A stretch of 63,992 bases of DNA, filler included, from Reticulomyxa filosa (lineage: Eukaryota > Protista > Foraminifera): the NCBI GenBank assembly GCA_000512085.1. It is 16 parts of 16 records of this genome, joined end to end, with 100 filler letters (N's around TTAATTAATTAA, not from the genome) between each part and the next. Parts side by side here need not be neighbours in the genome. Positions count along the whole stretch, not along the records: positions 33,137 to 41,553 come from ASPP01035095.1; positions 41,654 to 44,409 come from ASPP01027402.1; positions 44,510 to 46,520 come from ASPP01007508.1; positions 46,621 to 48,167 come from ASPP01023407.1; positions 48,268 to 51,608 come from ASPP01034663.1; 11 more parts are not named here. The stretch is one strand, 5' to 3'. A program made the translations under genes and the position numbers. Positions within the stretch are counted from its first letter, which is position 1; the number at the start of each line of letters is the position of its first letter. Below, piece after piece: positions 38,172-51,200 of the stretch. The notes under the pieces are model-generated. The model saw nothing but the letters and a program-made list of their open reading frames with translations. It ran no database searches and was not told the origin of the DNA.

Positions 38172-38198
38172 GAGTGAAATTTGATGCTTTTATTTTTT

Positions 38199-39292
38199 TC
38201 AGTCATCAAAACCATCATCAATTTCTTCGGATTCAAGATAAGAAAATCTCGTTTGTTCACACATTTCTTCATAAAAAGCATCATAAAACGCTGGCTCAAA
38301 ATAACAAAACTGCTTGTCTTCTTTTGCTCTTTAGGAAAAAATTTCAAAATCTCGGTCTGGTATTTTACGTGTCATAATTCTTGTGGCTGACAATTTTTCG
38401 GTTTTACTTGTGCGTAATGCTGTATATTTATCGAGTACAGATCTTCTCACAACATAATTTAATTTTGCAAGCTTTTCTCTTTGATCCACGAATTTTAAAA
38501 TCAATGAAAGAATATCTTTTTGAAAACCAACTCGTATAAATTCTCTTAAATACTGTCTGGCATTTTCAGAATTTTTGCATTTAGTTGGATTAATATGCTG
38601 TAGATACTATTCCAACGCAAAAAAAATATGTCACAGCTTTCGCAATAAGGACTGCTGAATTCGTATACATTTCTAACAAAATTTTTTCATTCACTTTTCT
38701 TAATAACTCTTGTTGATACGATGCTGTCATTAATAATTCTTGTCCAGTATGGCAGTTTCGCATAAACACATGCTTGACGAGGCAATGCCAATAATTTGTA
38801 TTTTAACATTCCAGTCTGATCAAGAGAATACAAATACTCAACCCAAGGTAAAATATCACTAATCTTTTTTTCGAGTAGTTGCAAATGAATTGTATCCCTT
38901 TCCAAATCCTTTGCAGTTACATCATTTCGACCATTTTTTATGTTTGGCAATTTCAATTGATATGTAAAATGCTTTCGAATAAATAAACTTTCTTCGCGTT
39001 CTTCGTTTCGTCTTTCAAATTTCCATTGAGATAAAACATTTAACATAGTACAGGTAGAATCATTCATAGAACTCTTTAACAATGGTCTGTGGATATACCG
39101 CAAATCGATGTACATTCCGCTCATCAAATTAAACATTTTAAATGGTTTTATTGAAAGCAAAACTTTTGTTGCATGATCAAAATCGTGTAGAAAAAACATA
39201 TAATCCTCATCCAATTCCTGGGAAAACTATTCAAACGTGTAAGAACTAAAAGATACGATATAGTCCACAATCGAGGTCTGCAGAATCTTCAT
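38199..39292 (-). pseudogene. Decayed paralogue C of the virus-like family (core motif, Zn finger, F-box-like)
   Basis: ATG at 39292, then in-frame TAG and TGA, a T8 frameshift, TAG and TAA. Contains WVEYLYSLDQTGMLKYKLLALP, PYCESCDIFF..YLQH and FQKDILSLILKFV. Confidence 0.7.
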
Positions 39293-39310
39293 TTTCTAAT
39301 ACCTGATCTG

Positions 39311-40024
39311 TCATTTCCAATTCTTCTTGTGTTTCGGGTTTCTTCTTTTTGACCATTCTGAGCCTGTTAATGCTGCAAAGGTATATGGTTTTGCAATTTT
39401 CATCATAAAATCTTCAATGGGGTAAGCACTCAACAAATAACGCAACATTTCAGTTTGATCATGTGAATACAGTCGAAGCACCCACAAAAGAAAATAGCTT
39501 GGTTTTTCCTTTAACATGTCAATCGAGTTGCTCAAAAACTTGAATTTCTCTTTTACCGGAAGAGGTTTACCGAACCAAAAATTAAAATAGAAAATTGCAA
39601 CTGTCTGTTCTCGAATGTGATAATTTTCTTTTGTTTCCACAGTTCTCCATTTGTTTCCGGCCAGCAATTGGTATTTCAAAATGGTGTAAACTCTTTTCAT
39701 GCGATGGCGAAATATAAAACGGTGATTGAATGCAATTGGACTATGCTCCAAACTCATTACCAGATTCAGTCCCTTGTAAACAACATTACTACGTTTCAAT
39801 CGGAAATTGAGTTTTTGACCATCCACATACAAGCAGGTAGGTTCTAAATTGAGATAATCTGGAAAAAGAAAACCATATTTATCTTCTAATTCAGCTTCCA
39901 TTTCAAAGAGCATGAATGGTCGTGTTTCCAAAATCACAATTCCGTTTTTGAGATTTTTTGCGACAATAATTCCAGCTCTTATAGTGTTTTCTACATCCAT
40001 TTCAACAAACCCTTTTCTTCCCAT
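39311..40024 (-). CDS. Paralogue B of the virus-like family
   Basis: 237-aa intronless ORF containing WVLRLYSHDQTEMLRYLLSAYP. Confidence 0.7.
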   Translation of the reverse strand: MGRKGFVEMDVENTIRAGIIVAKNLKNGIVILETRPFMLFEMEAELEDKYGFLFPDYLNLEPTCLYVDGQKLNFRLKRSNVVYKGLNLVMSLEHSPIAFNHRFIFRHRMKRVYTILKYQLLAGNKWRTVETKENYHIREQTVAIFYFNFWFGKPLPVKEKFKFLSNSIDMLKEKPSYFLLWVLRLYSHDQTEMLRYLLSAYPIEDFMMKIAKPYTFAALTGSEWSKRRNPKHKKNWK

Positions 40025-40139
40025 CCTGAAAGTTTGCGAATTGTTGTTTCCCTCAAAATAGGAAAAATTATCATGCGATCCAAAAAATTGTTTGTTGTCA
40101 TACTTAAATCTTCAAAACTTTATAAACTAGGAAAAAAGG

Positions 40140-41344
40140 CTAATCACAAAAAGTTTTAGCAACATAACAGTAGCTAGAAGCACCAATCCTCAGATCATCA
40201 TTTACTATATAATCAATCTCGGTCATTTTTATATTTTTTTTTACTTTCAAAAATGGAGACCCATCCTTTGTATAACGATAAGATTTATACAAAGAAAAAA
40301 TTATGATTTGTTCTTTTTCGTTTGGTTTTTTCTGAAAACGCAATGGATGTATGTAATCAACCAATATATTGATTATATCATTCGGCAACTTGTTTAATAA
40401 TAAAAACGCTTTTTTCGATGCATACGCAAACTCGCAAGGGTTTTCGCTATCTAAATGTTTCTTATAACCTTCTTCTAAACAGAAAAGACATCCACATTCA
40501 CAATAATAATCCTTAAGACTTTGGACATAATCTTCTTCTTTTCCATCTTTCTTTTTTTTAAATGATATTTTTTGATCATCTTTGTATCGAATTGCAAGGC
40601 TCCAAAAATAAGTTTTACAAAGAAATTTAGTAATATCCATCGGCGTTCTTGTCAGCAAATACTTCAAATAACTAGTCTCATCGGATTCTTCCAAATAAGT
40701 AAACCAATCCATAAAAAAAGACTCGTTCCGCAAAATGGTCTTATAATCAGCATAAGAAAATCGATAACCTTCAGCAAATAAACTTACTTTTTTTGCAAAT
40801 AAATTCATTTCTTTTCCTTCTCTTTCTTCAACAACATAAACACCTTTCATCAAATCAAAATAGTAAAGATCGGCTTCCAATTCACATTGCCATAATCCAC
40901 AAGTTTTCTCTTTTTATTTCTACAGAGAACCAATTTCTCAAAACCCGCGGACTTATCAAAATAAGCATAATCAAACAACCTAAAATGATTCAGAGAATTC
41001 AAAAAATTCTTTTCAAATAAAAAAAGTCCGTTGGATGGTTTACATAATATCCTGGTTACATAAGCAAAATCTCGTACTTCTGCTGAAGTCAATACTTTTG
41101 CTACTTTGACTTGTATTCTTGAAAATATCAAATCATTATAATGCGGAATAAGACTTTGGTTCATACCATGAGTAAAAAATGGACTAAAGTATCTTTCTTG
41201 GAATAATCAAAAAAGCATCGGCTTATCGGGTTGTAAAATTTTAGCAGATCTTCAGAAACAATTTGGGTATGGATGTTTCTTGCAGAAAATTGTTGCATCT
41301 TCAATGTAAGAATCAGCCTTTTGAGTGGCAATCTCGTAACTCAT
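40140..41344 (-). pseudogene. Paralogue A of the virus-like family, frameshifted (ORFs 40140..40880, 40850..41164 and an upstream ATG at 41344)
   Basis: WFTYLEESDETSYLKYLLTRTP, YYCECGCLFCLEEGYKKHL and LNKLPNDIINILVDY. Confidence 0.65.
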
Positions 41345-41515
41345 TTTTTCAAAAGTAAAAAGAATTAAAAAGTTTGGAATTAAAAAAGTTTAAAGGTTCC
41401 AGACCCCTTAAGACTGTCAAAACACATGTCTTTTCTAAATCCTTAAAAATCACCAACTCCTCTTGACACCTCTTCTTTTTAAAGTCTCATTTCCACTTTC
41501 AAGTTCACATTTTTT

Positions 41516-41553
41516 GGCTTAGGGCTTAGGGCTTAGGGCTTAGGGCTTAGGGC
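41516..41553 (+). repeat. Telomere-like repeat (TTAGGGC)5 at the contig end
   Basis: ggc followed by five perfect TTAGGGC units; the G-rich strand runs 5'->3' to the contig end. Confidence 0.8.
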
Positions 41554-41736
41554 NNNNNNNNNNNNNNNNNNNNNNNNNNNNNNNNNNNNNNNNNNNNTTA
41601 ATTAATTAANNNNNNNNNNNNNNNNNNNNNNNNNNNNNNNNNNNNNNNNNNNNTATTTATGTGATTTAATCACAGTCCAATATAAACAAAATAAAAAGGA
41701 GAAAAACAATTTCAAGGAAACTTCTTTACAATCCCG

Positions 41737-42390
41737 GTGACAATAACACTAATTCCATTTTATTCATATGATTACCCCTCTTCGATCAACTTCGGAGGCA
41801 TTGGCGGGGTTATCGGCCCGAAATATCCCAAGGCTTCGATTCACAAGGATCCATGTACAACGCGAATGGCAGCTGTGATCCTTCCAATATTTGGAGCAAC
41901 TCCACACGCCAAGAGTATTTGTCTCGCGTACAATGTATCATCAATCAATACAATACTTTTGAAGTGGAGCCAGGCGTGTATGTCAATGGCACACGTACGC
42001 AAACAGAAAATGTCGCAGACAACAGTGGTATCTCTGCCAGTTATTTGGCATGGCAGCAATGGCGCAAATCCAATGTCGATGTAAAGCTGCCCGGAGTTGA
42101 CTTGACTGATGAGCAATTATTCTTTATGGGATGGGCCAGATCTTGGTTTGTTTTCCTTTTCCAACTACCTATTCGTAATTCTTTTATCCACCCTTTTTTT
42201 TTTTTTTTTTTAATAAAAAAATAGGTGCCAAGCCTCGGTTCCTGGATATTTTTCAAACTGGACCAATGTTCATGCCCCTGCAATGGCCAGAGTTTGGGGA
42301 GTCGTCCAAAATAGCCCATATTTTGCACAGGCGTTTCAGTGCAGTGCAAACTCTTTAATGAACCCTACCAACAAATGTGATTTGTGGTAG
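41737..42390 (+). pseudogene. M13 (neprilysin/ECE-like) metallopeptidase C-terminal part with a disrupted HExxH motif
   Basis: NFGGIGGVIG..EISQGFD, VNGTRTQTENVADNSG, EQLFFMGWARSW and FAQAFQC..MNPTNKCDLW. Frameshift at the first His codon. Confidence 0.85.
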
Positions 42391-42921
42391 GGCAATCCCC
42401 GTCATTGTTTTTTTCTTGTTTATTCAATTTGTTATTAAATATGAATTTGAAACGCCAATTGCTTTGTTCTGTTGTCTTGTTTTAAATGCTTTTCTGATTT
42501 TTGCCTCGAAGACGACCCATGTCTAATTACAAACATTTATCAACATTTTTTTTGCAATTTATGTATTGTCCCTCGAAAATGTAGTCTCTTGTTTTAATCT
42601 TCTTTGCCATCTTGAAGTATCTTTAATTGTACTTTTTTATTTTGCAAACACGATTCTATGGCAGTTTACAAGTAATTCAAAATAGAAGTGATGTTTATTT
42701 GAAAGGAAAAAAAGCTTCGATTTTGAAAGGAAGTAGATCATTGCTATAAAAACCTAGCGAGAGGCAGGAAAAGTCCAGTTTAAGTTAGTTCAGCTTTCTC
42801 AGGGGGCATCTTTGATAATTAATTCAGACCAAAAGAAAACAAAAAATTCTAGAAAATATAATCCCTTTGAAGGAATGGACGCTAACAATAATGAAATCCA
42901 ACAAATAAACTTGGTGTGATG

Positions 42922-44047
42922 TGTGAAAATGTGGCCCGTTTTTTCCTCATATGTTGCAAGGAAAACACAACAACAGACAGAAAAAGACGTAAAGACGATT
43001 TTGGACAGTTGGGTTCGGTCGTCTTCGATTGAGATTGGATGGATCGACGATTTCAACAAATTTGTTGCACGATATGTCAGTATCCCTAACTTGTTTGAAT
43101 TACTTTTTTTTAAAGATATTTGCTCACATTACTAACTTTTGATAATGAAAAATTCAAACCAGACCAAACGTTTTAAATTATCGAAAGTCTTTGAAGGACA
43201 CTCAGAATCTGTAAAAAGTGTAAGAATATCAAGGGATTGTAAAAAAATTATTTCAGCATCCGACGACGGAACAATTCGGGTGTGGAATGTAGCATCAAGA
43301 AATGAAGTCTATTCTCTAAAAGGTCATTCACAAAGAGTGTATGATGCACGCTTTTCACCAGATGGTGCTATGGCTACGTCATGCTCAGACGATACAACTA
43401 TTCGATTGTGGGATGTTGAATCTGGAAGAGAATTAAAAATATTAACGGGACATACATGATGTGTAAAAAGGATCCAATTTCCACCAAATGGTCGTGTCAT
43501 TGTTTCATGTTCAAGCGATAAAACAATTCGATTGTGGGACGTGACATCAGGGCAAGAGCTGAAAAAATTGGAAGGACATTCGGGAGAGGTGAATGATGTG
43601 CAATTTTCATCTGATGCTCAAAAAATCGTGTCAGCATCGTATGACAAAACAATTGGTATATGGGATGTTGCAACAGGGAAAAGGCTCCAAACATTGATAG
43701 GGCATTCAGATGTTGTGATGAGAGCACAATTTTCTTCTGATGATCAATCTATTGTTTCGTGCTCATGGGATGATACAATTCGGATATGGAGCGTAAAATT
43801 GGGACGTGAGATGCAAAAATTGGTTGGATATCCCGATTTAATATGTGATGTCAAATTTTTACCAGATGGTCTAACGGTTGTGTCTGCATCGTGTGATAAA
43901 ACCCTTCGATTGTGGAATATAAGATCACGACATGAAACACAGAAATTAGAAGGTCACGCCCACTTTGTAACAGGAGTGGATATTTCCGTGAAGGGTGACA
44001 AAATTGTCTCGTCTTCTTTTGATGGAACAATCAGATTGTGGGAATAA
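42922..44047 (+). pseudogene. WD40-repeat gene with a family-specific N-terminal motif and one in-frame TGA (43457)
   Basis: KTILDSWVRSSSIEIGWIDDFNKFVARY exon, a probable intron, then about 7 GH..WD repeats; GHT*CVK. Confidence 0.85.
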
Positions 44048-44509
44048 ACACATATTTTTAAATTTAAAAAAATTTGGGATTCTTCTGTTTGGAAGGTGAA
44101 GGGCCCAAATAAAAAAGTGAATTATTTGTTGATATTTTGGCTATGCTTTAAGCAATCAAAACCGAACTTACTTTTTTACATTGCCGTTATTTTTAAACAA
44201 ATTTAAATTTAAAAATCGGACTCGCTTTAACCGAATAATGAACAAAAAAACTTTAAGAACAAAAAACGTCATAAGCAACAAAAGGAAACCCCAAAATAAC
44301 ATCATTGTTGGGATTGTCCTTTGAAGAGCAGATATGTTGTATAGTGACATAATACCACGCCAAAGCTTTGTATCTCATTTCCGATTGTATTTGAAAACAT
44401 TTGGGAAAGNNNNNNNNNNNNNNNNNNNNNNNNNNNNNNNNNNNNNNNNNNNNTTAATTAATTAANNNNNNNNNNNNNNNNNNNNNNNNNNNNNNNNNNN
44501 NNNNNNNNN

Positions 44510-46495
44510 AAAGGAGTAGAAGGAGCACTTGCTGCAGTAAGTGCTCCACTAATTACATTTTTTCTGTTTTTTTTTTTTTTTGTTTTGTTTGATCCCAAAA
44601 CTTAAAAAAAAAAAAAAAAAAAAACATACCACATTCAGGAATAGACTCACATCATCCTTGGTTTGAGAAAACGATGACTGAGCACCTAAGCTGTACGCCA
44701 AGTCAGTTTCGGATTCCATCAAACCAGTGGATTGCGGTACGACAATTCCTTTGGTCGTCTGCTGGGGCGTGACTGGAATCTTTTGATTTTGGCTTTGACT
44801 AAAACTTGTTCTGGAATTACGTGCAAGAGTGGCATTGTTCGCCTGTGTGGTAAGGGGAATTGATTTCCGGTGGTTTCTTTGCTCTTTCGCTTCGTCACGG
44901 AAACGTTGGATAATCTCCGCAAACTCATTTCTCTGTAAGAAGATCAGCTTACTCAACACCCGGATCAACTCCATTCGAACCAAAGGCGATCCATCGAATA
45001 CCTTGGCACAATTGCGGGCTATCGACAAGTCCATTGCTGCAAATGAAATGTCTTCTTTCTCGTGCTTTCCACCAAAGAATGTTCCCAAGGCGTGCAATGC
45101 CGCAGCACGAACCTTTCATTTTTTATTTTTTAATATGTTATGATTATTGTTTGTGATTCATCACATATCATATATGCATATGTGTATGTGCATAGGAAAA
45201 TAACTTCTGGCATATTTTCATTTAACAGCCCAAGCAAGGTCTCCACAATTTTCATTTCAATCCCCAAAATTTTAAGATCATTGGAATTTTCCCACAGTTT
45301 GGCGACACATAGAGCACTCCATTGTCGAATGCCATGAATTGGATGGGTCAAGTTTTTGAGCAGATGCCCAAGCAGCTTTTCGCCTTTGCGCAATTTGGAT
45401 TTCTTTTCTTCTTTGTAACTAGCCAGGATTTCATTGCCAAGCAAGTTATCGCGTTTGTAGTCTGCTAATTGAGCAATGATAAAAGTGGACAGTAAAATAC
45501 GACTGATATCGTCATTGCGATACAATTCGTGTAAAAAGAACATGTATCCTTTTTCTTTGATCAGATCCTTTCGTATGCTATCGTCATGGTTGAGCATCTT
45601 GCTCCAAACGAAGCACAGTCCATCTTTCATCGTCTTGCTGTTGTAATCCGTTTTTCCTTGCAGCAACTTTTTGAACGCAGGATACATACCTATGGAGCGT
45701 GATGATATTTTATTACAACTTATGTTTCTTTTGGGTAGATATGTAGTATTTGTGCAGTTGTACGTGGCAACAATATGCAAAGAGAAGCAAAAAAAAAAGA
45801 ATATATTTCATTATCATTTGTACATACATACATATATGTATATATATATATATATAATATATGCATATAAACATTATATACACATATACATATACATATA
45901 TATACATATATATGTATATGCATATATATTAAAATAAAAAAATACCAACAGACAAAATGTAATGAATGCTCCACGATGAACCCAAGTCGATATACTTGCT
46001 AATCAAGGAAATGGACTTACTGCGATGATCTTTGGTCAATAATAGCTGGAAAATGACGGGCAGCAAAGGCGGGACTCTTTTGAAATCTTTTTCGTATTCC
46101 AGCCACAACTCAAATGCTCGCAACTGAGTGTTGAAATAATTGCACTGCTTCCATTGAATTTGCAATTTGCCTTTCTTTGCAGGTTTGGCCTTGGCATTTT
46201 TATCTGCGTTATTGTGATTCGGGTTTTTCATATGCGACATCGTACCTGTTTTTATTGATTCATTCATTTGCAACTTGTTCTTGTTGGTTTCGTACCACTC
46301 CTTCAGCTTCAGTAGGGTGTGTTCTAACGACAAGTCCCACGCCTTCCACTCCACGTGATTGCTGGTTGGCGGCAAGCGCGGATAGCAAACCGGATTTCGA
46401 TTCATCGACTTCATTACCCTTTCTGCTAGCAGATAATTTCGACTTATCGAAGGTACGAGAAGATCCACACGAAACATTTTTTGGAACACATCTGA
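44510..46495 (-). CDS. RPTOR: Raptor/KOG1 (TORC1 subunit), internal fragment, multi-exon
   Basis: FQKMFRVDLLVPSISRNYLLAERVM, WKAWDLSLE, QLRAFELWL, DLGSSWSIHYILSVGI|YP, RQWSALCVAKLW, PEV|RAAALHALGTF and DGSPLVRMEL. Confidence 0.92.
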
Positions 46496-48267
46496 TTGTC
46501 CATTAAAAAAAAAAAAAAAANNNNNNNNNNNNNNNNNNNNNNNNNNNNNNNNNNNNNNNNNNNNTTAATTAATTAANNNNNNNNNNNNNNNNNNNNNNNN
46601 NNNNNNNNNNNNNNNNNNNNATGAAAATTGTTGACATATACTAATTGGTCGTATCATGTTTAGTGTGCTTAACTGTTGTTTGTTGCTGCTGGCACGATCG
46701 TCGTTGTGGATTTTCTCTTCGTCATTTTCTCCATTTGGGGCCATTTTTGGCGTCTATGTGATTCAACACATTGAGCTCTCTAGAACCAATTGGAGTCTAA
46801 TACCAGCAAGCAACCACCATGCGTTACATATCGTGAGTTCTTCCACATGGACGAACAATTGACTGGCGCATTCGTGTGCATGGATATTATATCCATTCAC
46901 ACTTGGCTCATTATAAGCCAGCATGCTGCCAGGGTTCTTGAAATCGCCCAAGCGTAACTCACAATATTAACGGCACCAACAATCCAATCACTTGTGCGTG
47001 CATTGTCTTGGCAAAGTCCACAACGGTGACATAACAGCCAGGTGTCCAAGCACAACGTTGCGCACATGCATTGTCCATGCCTGTTTATATTTTATATGTG
47101 GATATGTGTAATTAATTAAATAATCATTATTATTACAAAAGTTTTGTTCATACTTTTATCAGCATTTTTTTGGTTATTTTTTAATTGAAAGAAAAACATA
47201 CGACATTAACTGAAAGGTGCACCATGTAATATCAAATGTTCCACATTTATCATTTTTGCAAATCTTGATGTACCCACAAATTTGACATTCCATATTTATG
47301 GCCAAGATTTCTATGATAGTAATTGACATTGGAGTTGGTGCGATTGTTGGTGTAATAGTTGGCAAGATATTTGGTATGATAGTTTGTATGACCATATGTG
47401 AAATTGTTAATATAGTTGTTGATAGTGATTGGATGTTGAGAAGTGGCCTTGTTGTGAATTGCAAAATGGTAACGGCCAACTTTGAAACGAATGACATGCA
47501 CATCATTCGTGAGTAAATATTGAAAAGCGTTATCAACATCCAACGCCAGCACCAGAGAACTCCAACCTCACCAAGAAAAGAAAAAAAGAGTTTTTACAAT
47601 CATCCAACAGCACAATATCCATAAAAAAAGAAGTTTGTAATTTGAATTTCAATAGTCATATTTTATCAAAATAACTTATTTTCATCAAAATATTTTATCA
47701 AAAAACTTATCAATATTTTTTTACGACAAGGAGTGAGTTCTAGACTAAGAAAAAGTTTTTTTTTAAGAAAGCTCTAAATCTATGAACAAGCTATTTAAAA
47801 TGAAAACTAGTGTGGTGTTATTGCTCCTTGTCATTTATGGCATTCTAATTTTTGTTAGATTTTGGTTTATGACGTTATTACAAAGAAACAACTGTACAAA
47901 AGCTCCTGAAGTTTTTAATATTGCCCAATATTTTTTCCAATTCACAGTTGGAACGACATCTCAATTTGATTACCCTTACACAAAGTCACAAATGAACGTT
48001 TCGCATAGCCACAGTCACATTTCACTTCAAATTTTCCGCACATAATGTAACCAAAGAGCAATGTCCTCACGTAGATTGCCGTGTCTCTACTGATACGTGT
48101 AGCTCTTGTTTTTTGCAGCCATTGATATGTGTGTGCCAACGGCATCTTAAACAGAGGCACAATTAAGNNNNNNNNNNNNNNNNNNNNNNNNNNNNNNNNN
48201 NNNNNNNNNNNTTAATTAATTAANNNNNNNNNNNNNNNNNNNNNNNNNNNNNNNNNNNNNNNNNNNN

Positions 48268-51200
48268 CATTTGACATTTCAAGAATGGCTTGCTGCTTAT
48301 TATTTAGTTAGGTGTTTGTATCAATTAAATGAGACAAAACAACATGAACAATTGTGTTCAATTTTAATGAATCAACAACTCACTCCAAGATACTCAGTGA
48401 TGATTCCATTCATTTCTGGAATATTGTATAATAATATCATCTCCAATAAAGATCCGTCAGGATCAGGTTTATTGTATTTTTGGAAATTATTGCATTCATC
48501 ACCACCTCAAATTATTCCAATTCATCAAGTGATGTTGTTTATGCATTGTTTGGATGCTTGTAAAGCAGACACTGACAGTTCATTTCTTTCACCACAACTT
48601 CAAATTTGTCATAAATCACTTGTTGATTTATTTGAATCATGGATCATCGCTTGGATTCATTTTGATAAAGACAATGATTATGCTTACGGAAAGAATTGGC
48701 GCAATGATTACGAAAGAATCCTTGACAGGCCATTGAATAAAGTGATGGAATCTCATTTACCCAATTTTCAATATGTTTTGCATCATCCAGATATCCACTT
48801 TTGTATCATTAATCAAATTAAGATAATTCAAATACAATTCAATGGACTTGATAATCGGGACTTAATAAAAGATCGGTTATATTTATTACAGTATTTGTGT
48901 ATTTCAACAGAAACTTCAGATATTGTTGTCCAATGTTACAAACAAGTTTTTAAGAAAGAGATTTGGCTGTGTGCAAACTTACTTTATGTGATATCAGTGA
49001 AATGGAATAAACGACAATTGGATGATGTTATTGAATTTTTCGTAAGTGAACTTGTTAACGAAGACAAATATATTCATGAAAGATGTGCATTATTAATTGC
49101 AAAAATAGCATTAAAATCGAATAAGAGACAGTTGAATAAAGTGTTTGAATTTTTGATGGATGCCTTTGAGAGTGGAAAAATTACAATTTGTGATAAATGT
49201 GCACACGCACTTGCAACGATTTCATCACAATTGGGAGGAAAACAGTTGGATAGTGCATTCCAATGTTTAGTTCATATATATCCTTCATATTTCCATAAAA
49301 CGAAAGATCGGAATGATGAAACAGATGCAACTCAATTTATAATGAAATTGAAAGAAGGACAATTAGGTGATATTTTTCAATATTTGATTGGTCGATTATC
49401 CGATAAAAAGGAAAATGTATATAATCGTGGAAGCTGCGCAGAATTACTTGGAGAACTCTCAATGAAATGGAATGAAGAACAATTGAATGATGCTTTCAAT
49501 TCTTTAAAATACATGCTCAATAAAGATAATTATGGAACGTATAGAAAAGCACTTGAGACAATTACAGTGAAATTGTCTGGAAAACAATTGAATAATGCTT
49601 TTAATTATTTCGTTAATAGATTAAATTGTAAAGGGAGGTATATATATGACGATCTACTTGAAAGAATTGCACAGAGATTGGATGAAAAACAAGTGGACAT
49701 TGCATTGAACTATTTTATGGATAAGTTAAATGATAAAAATACACATCAAGATATTCGTCTCAAATACATTCAATTAATTAATATAACTTCAAACAAATGT
49801 AATGAACAACAATTGAATAAAGCTTTTGACTCTTCAATGGATATATTCACTGATAAAAATGATAATGCATATGTGCGTAAGGAATGTGCAGAATTACTTG
49901 GGACAATTGCAGTGAATCTAAATGGAAAATATTTCGATGATACTTTTAAATGCTTGACAAATGGATTAAAAGATAGTGATTCGAGTGTTCGGAAGTCATG
50001 TGTAAAATCACTTGTAATACTTTCAAAGAAATGGAATAATAAACAATTGGATATTACTGTTCAATGTTTGATTGATGGATTTCAAAATATAAATGGATAT
50101 CATTGTGGTACATCTTGCCGTTTACTTGAAGAAATTGCAATGAAATTGAATGAAATTCAAATCGATTCTGTTTTGACATGTTTGATCAATGGACTCAAAG
50201 GTAACGATGAAAAATTGTATGCAGAATCTATTGGACACGTTTCAATGAAATTAAATAAAAAGCAATTGGATGATGTTTTCGAATGTTTGAATGGATTAAA
50301 AGATGAAAATGGATGTATTCGTGCATTATGTAGAAATTCACTTGAAACGATTTCAACAAAATTGGATGATAGACAATTGGATAGAGTTGTCAGTGCTTTC
50401 ATTCATGGGTTAAAAGATAAATATAAATGGGATCGTAAATCATGTGCAAGACCACTTGGTATAATTGCAACAAAGGCAAGTGAGAAACGACTGGAAAAAG
50501 TATTTGACACTTTGATGAGTGAGTTAAGAGATAAAAATGGCGATGCTCGTCTATCATGTGCAGAAACACTTGGAGTAATTTCAGAGAAATTGAATGAAAA
50601 ACAACTGAAAAATGCAATTAATACTTTGATCGATGGATTGAAAGATAACAATCAATATGTTCGTAATTTATATGCAAAATCACTTGGAGTAATTTCAACG
50701 AATTTGACTGATGAACAACTGGAAGGAGTTTTCAACGCTTTGCCAATTGAACAGAGATGGGATTACTTTAATTCATATGAAAAAGCACTTAAAGAAATTT
50801 CAACGAAATGGAATGAAAAACAATCGGAGAGAGTTTTCAACGCTTTGATGTTTGTTTCCAAACATTCAATGAACACAAACGATGATAATGATAAAGATGA
50901 GTCATTGGTGAAATTACTTAAATTAATATTAACGAAATTGAATGACAAACAATTGTATTTATTGGTGATACATTCGTTGGAAAGAGCAAAAAAGAGACGT
51001 ATATATTATCGAGATGCATTGTCAAAAATATCCGAAGATATGTGGAAACGTGCAACAATTGGTGGATTGAAAGAACATAATATTTGGCAAATATTGTCTA
51101 GTAATTCGAACAAACCAATAGAATTGTTGGCTTTCGGTTTGATGACATTCAATCCTCGCATTCAATTGAATTGCAATGATGATAATATAACTTCAGATGA

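Noticed and set aside
38687-38690. ATGA stop/start overlap suggesting translational coupling
   Set aside because: The ATG frame closes after five codons; homology continues in the upstream frame through the TGA.
38199-41344. Alternative genetic code or stop readthrough in the virus-like cluster (in-frame TGA/TAG, e.g. CF*RS, LF*LF, FE*FS)
   Set aside because: All three stop types and frameshifts interrupt the same gene, and TGG is used for Trp. Decay or sequencing error is simpler.
6957-46495. TORC1-pathway cluster (Kaptin, DEP, Raptor)
   Set aside because: Raptor lies on a different contig, so co-occurrence is a concatenation artefact.
46763-47552. Possible glycoside hydrolase (MLAYNEP resembling the GH128 NEP motif)
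   Set aside because: Only one short motif in fragmented frames; insufficient support.
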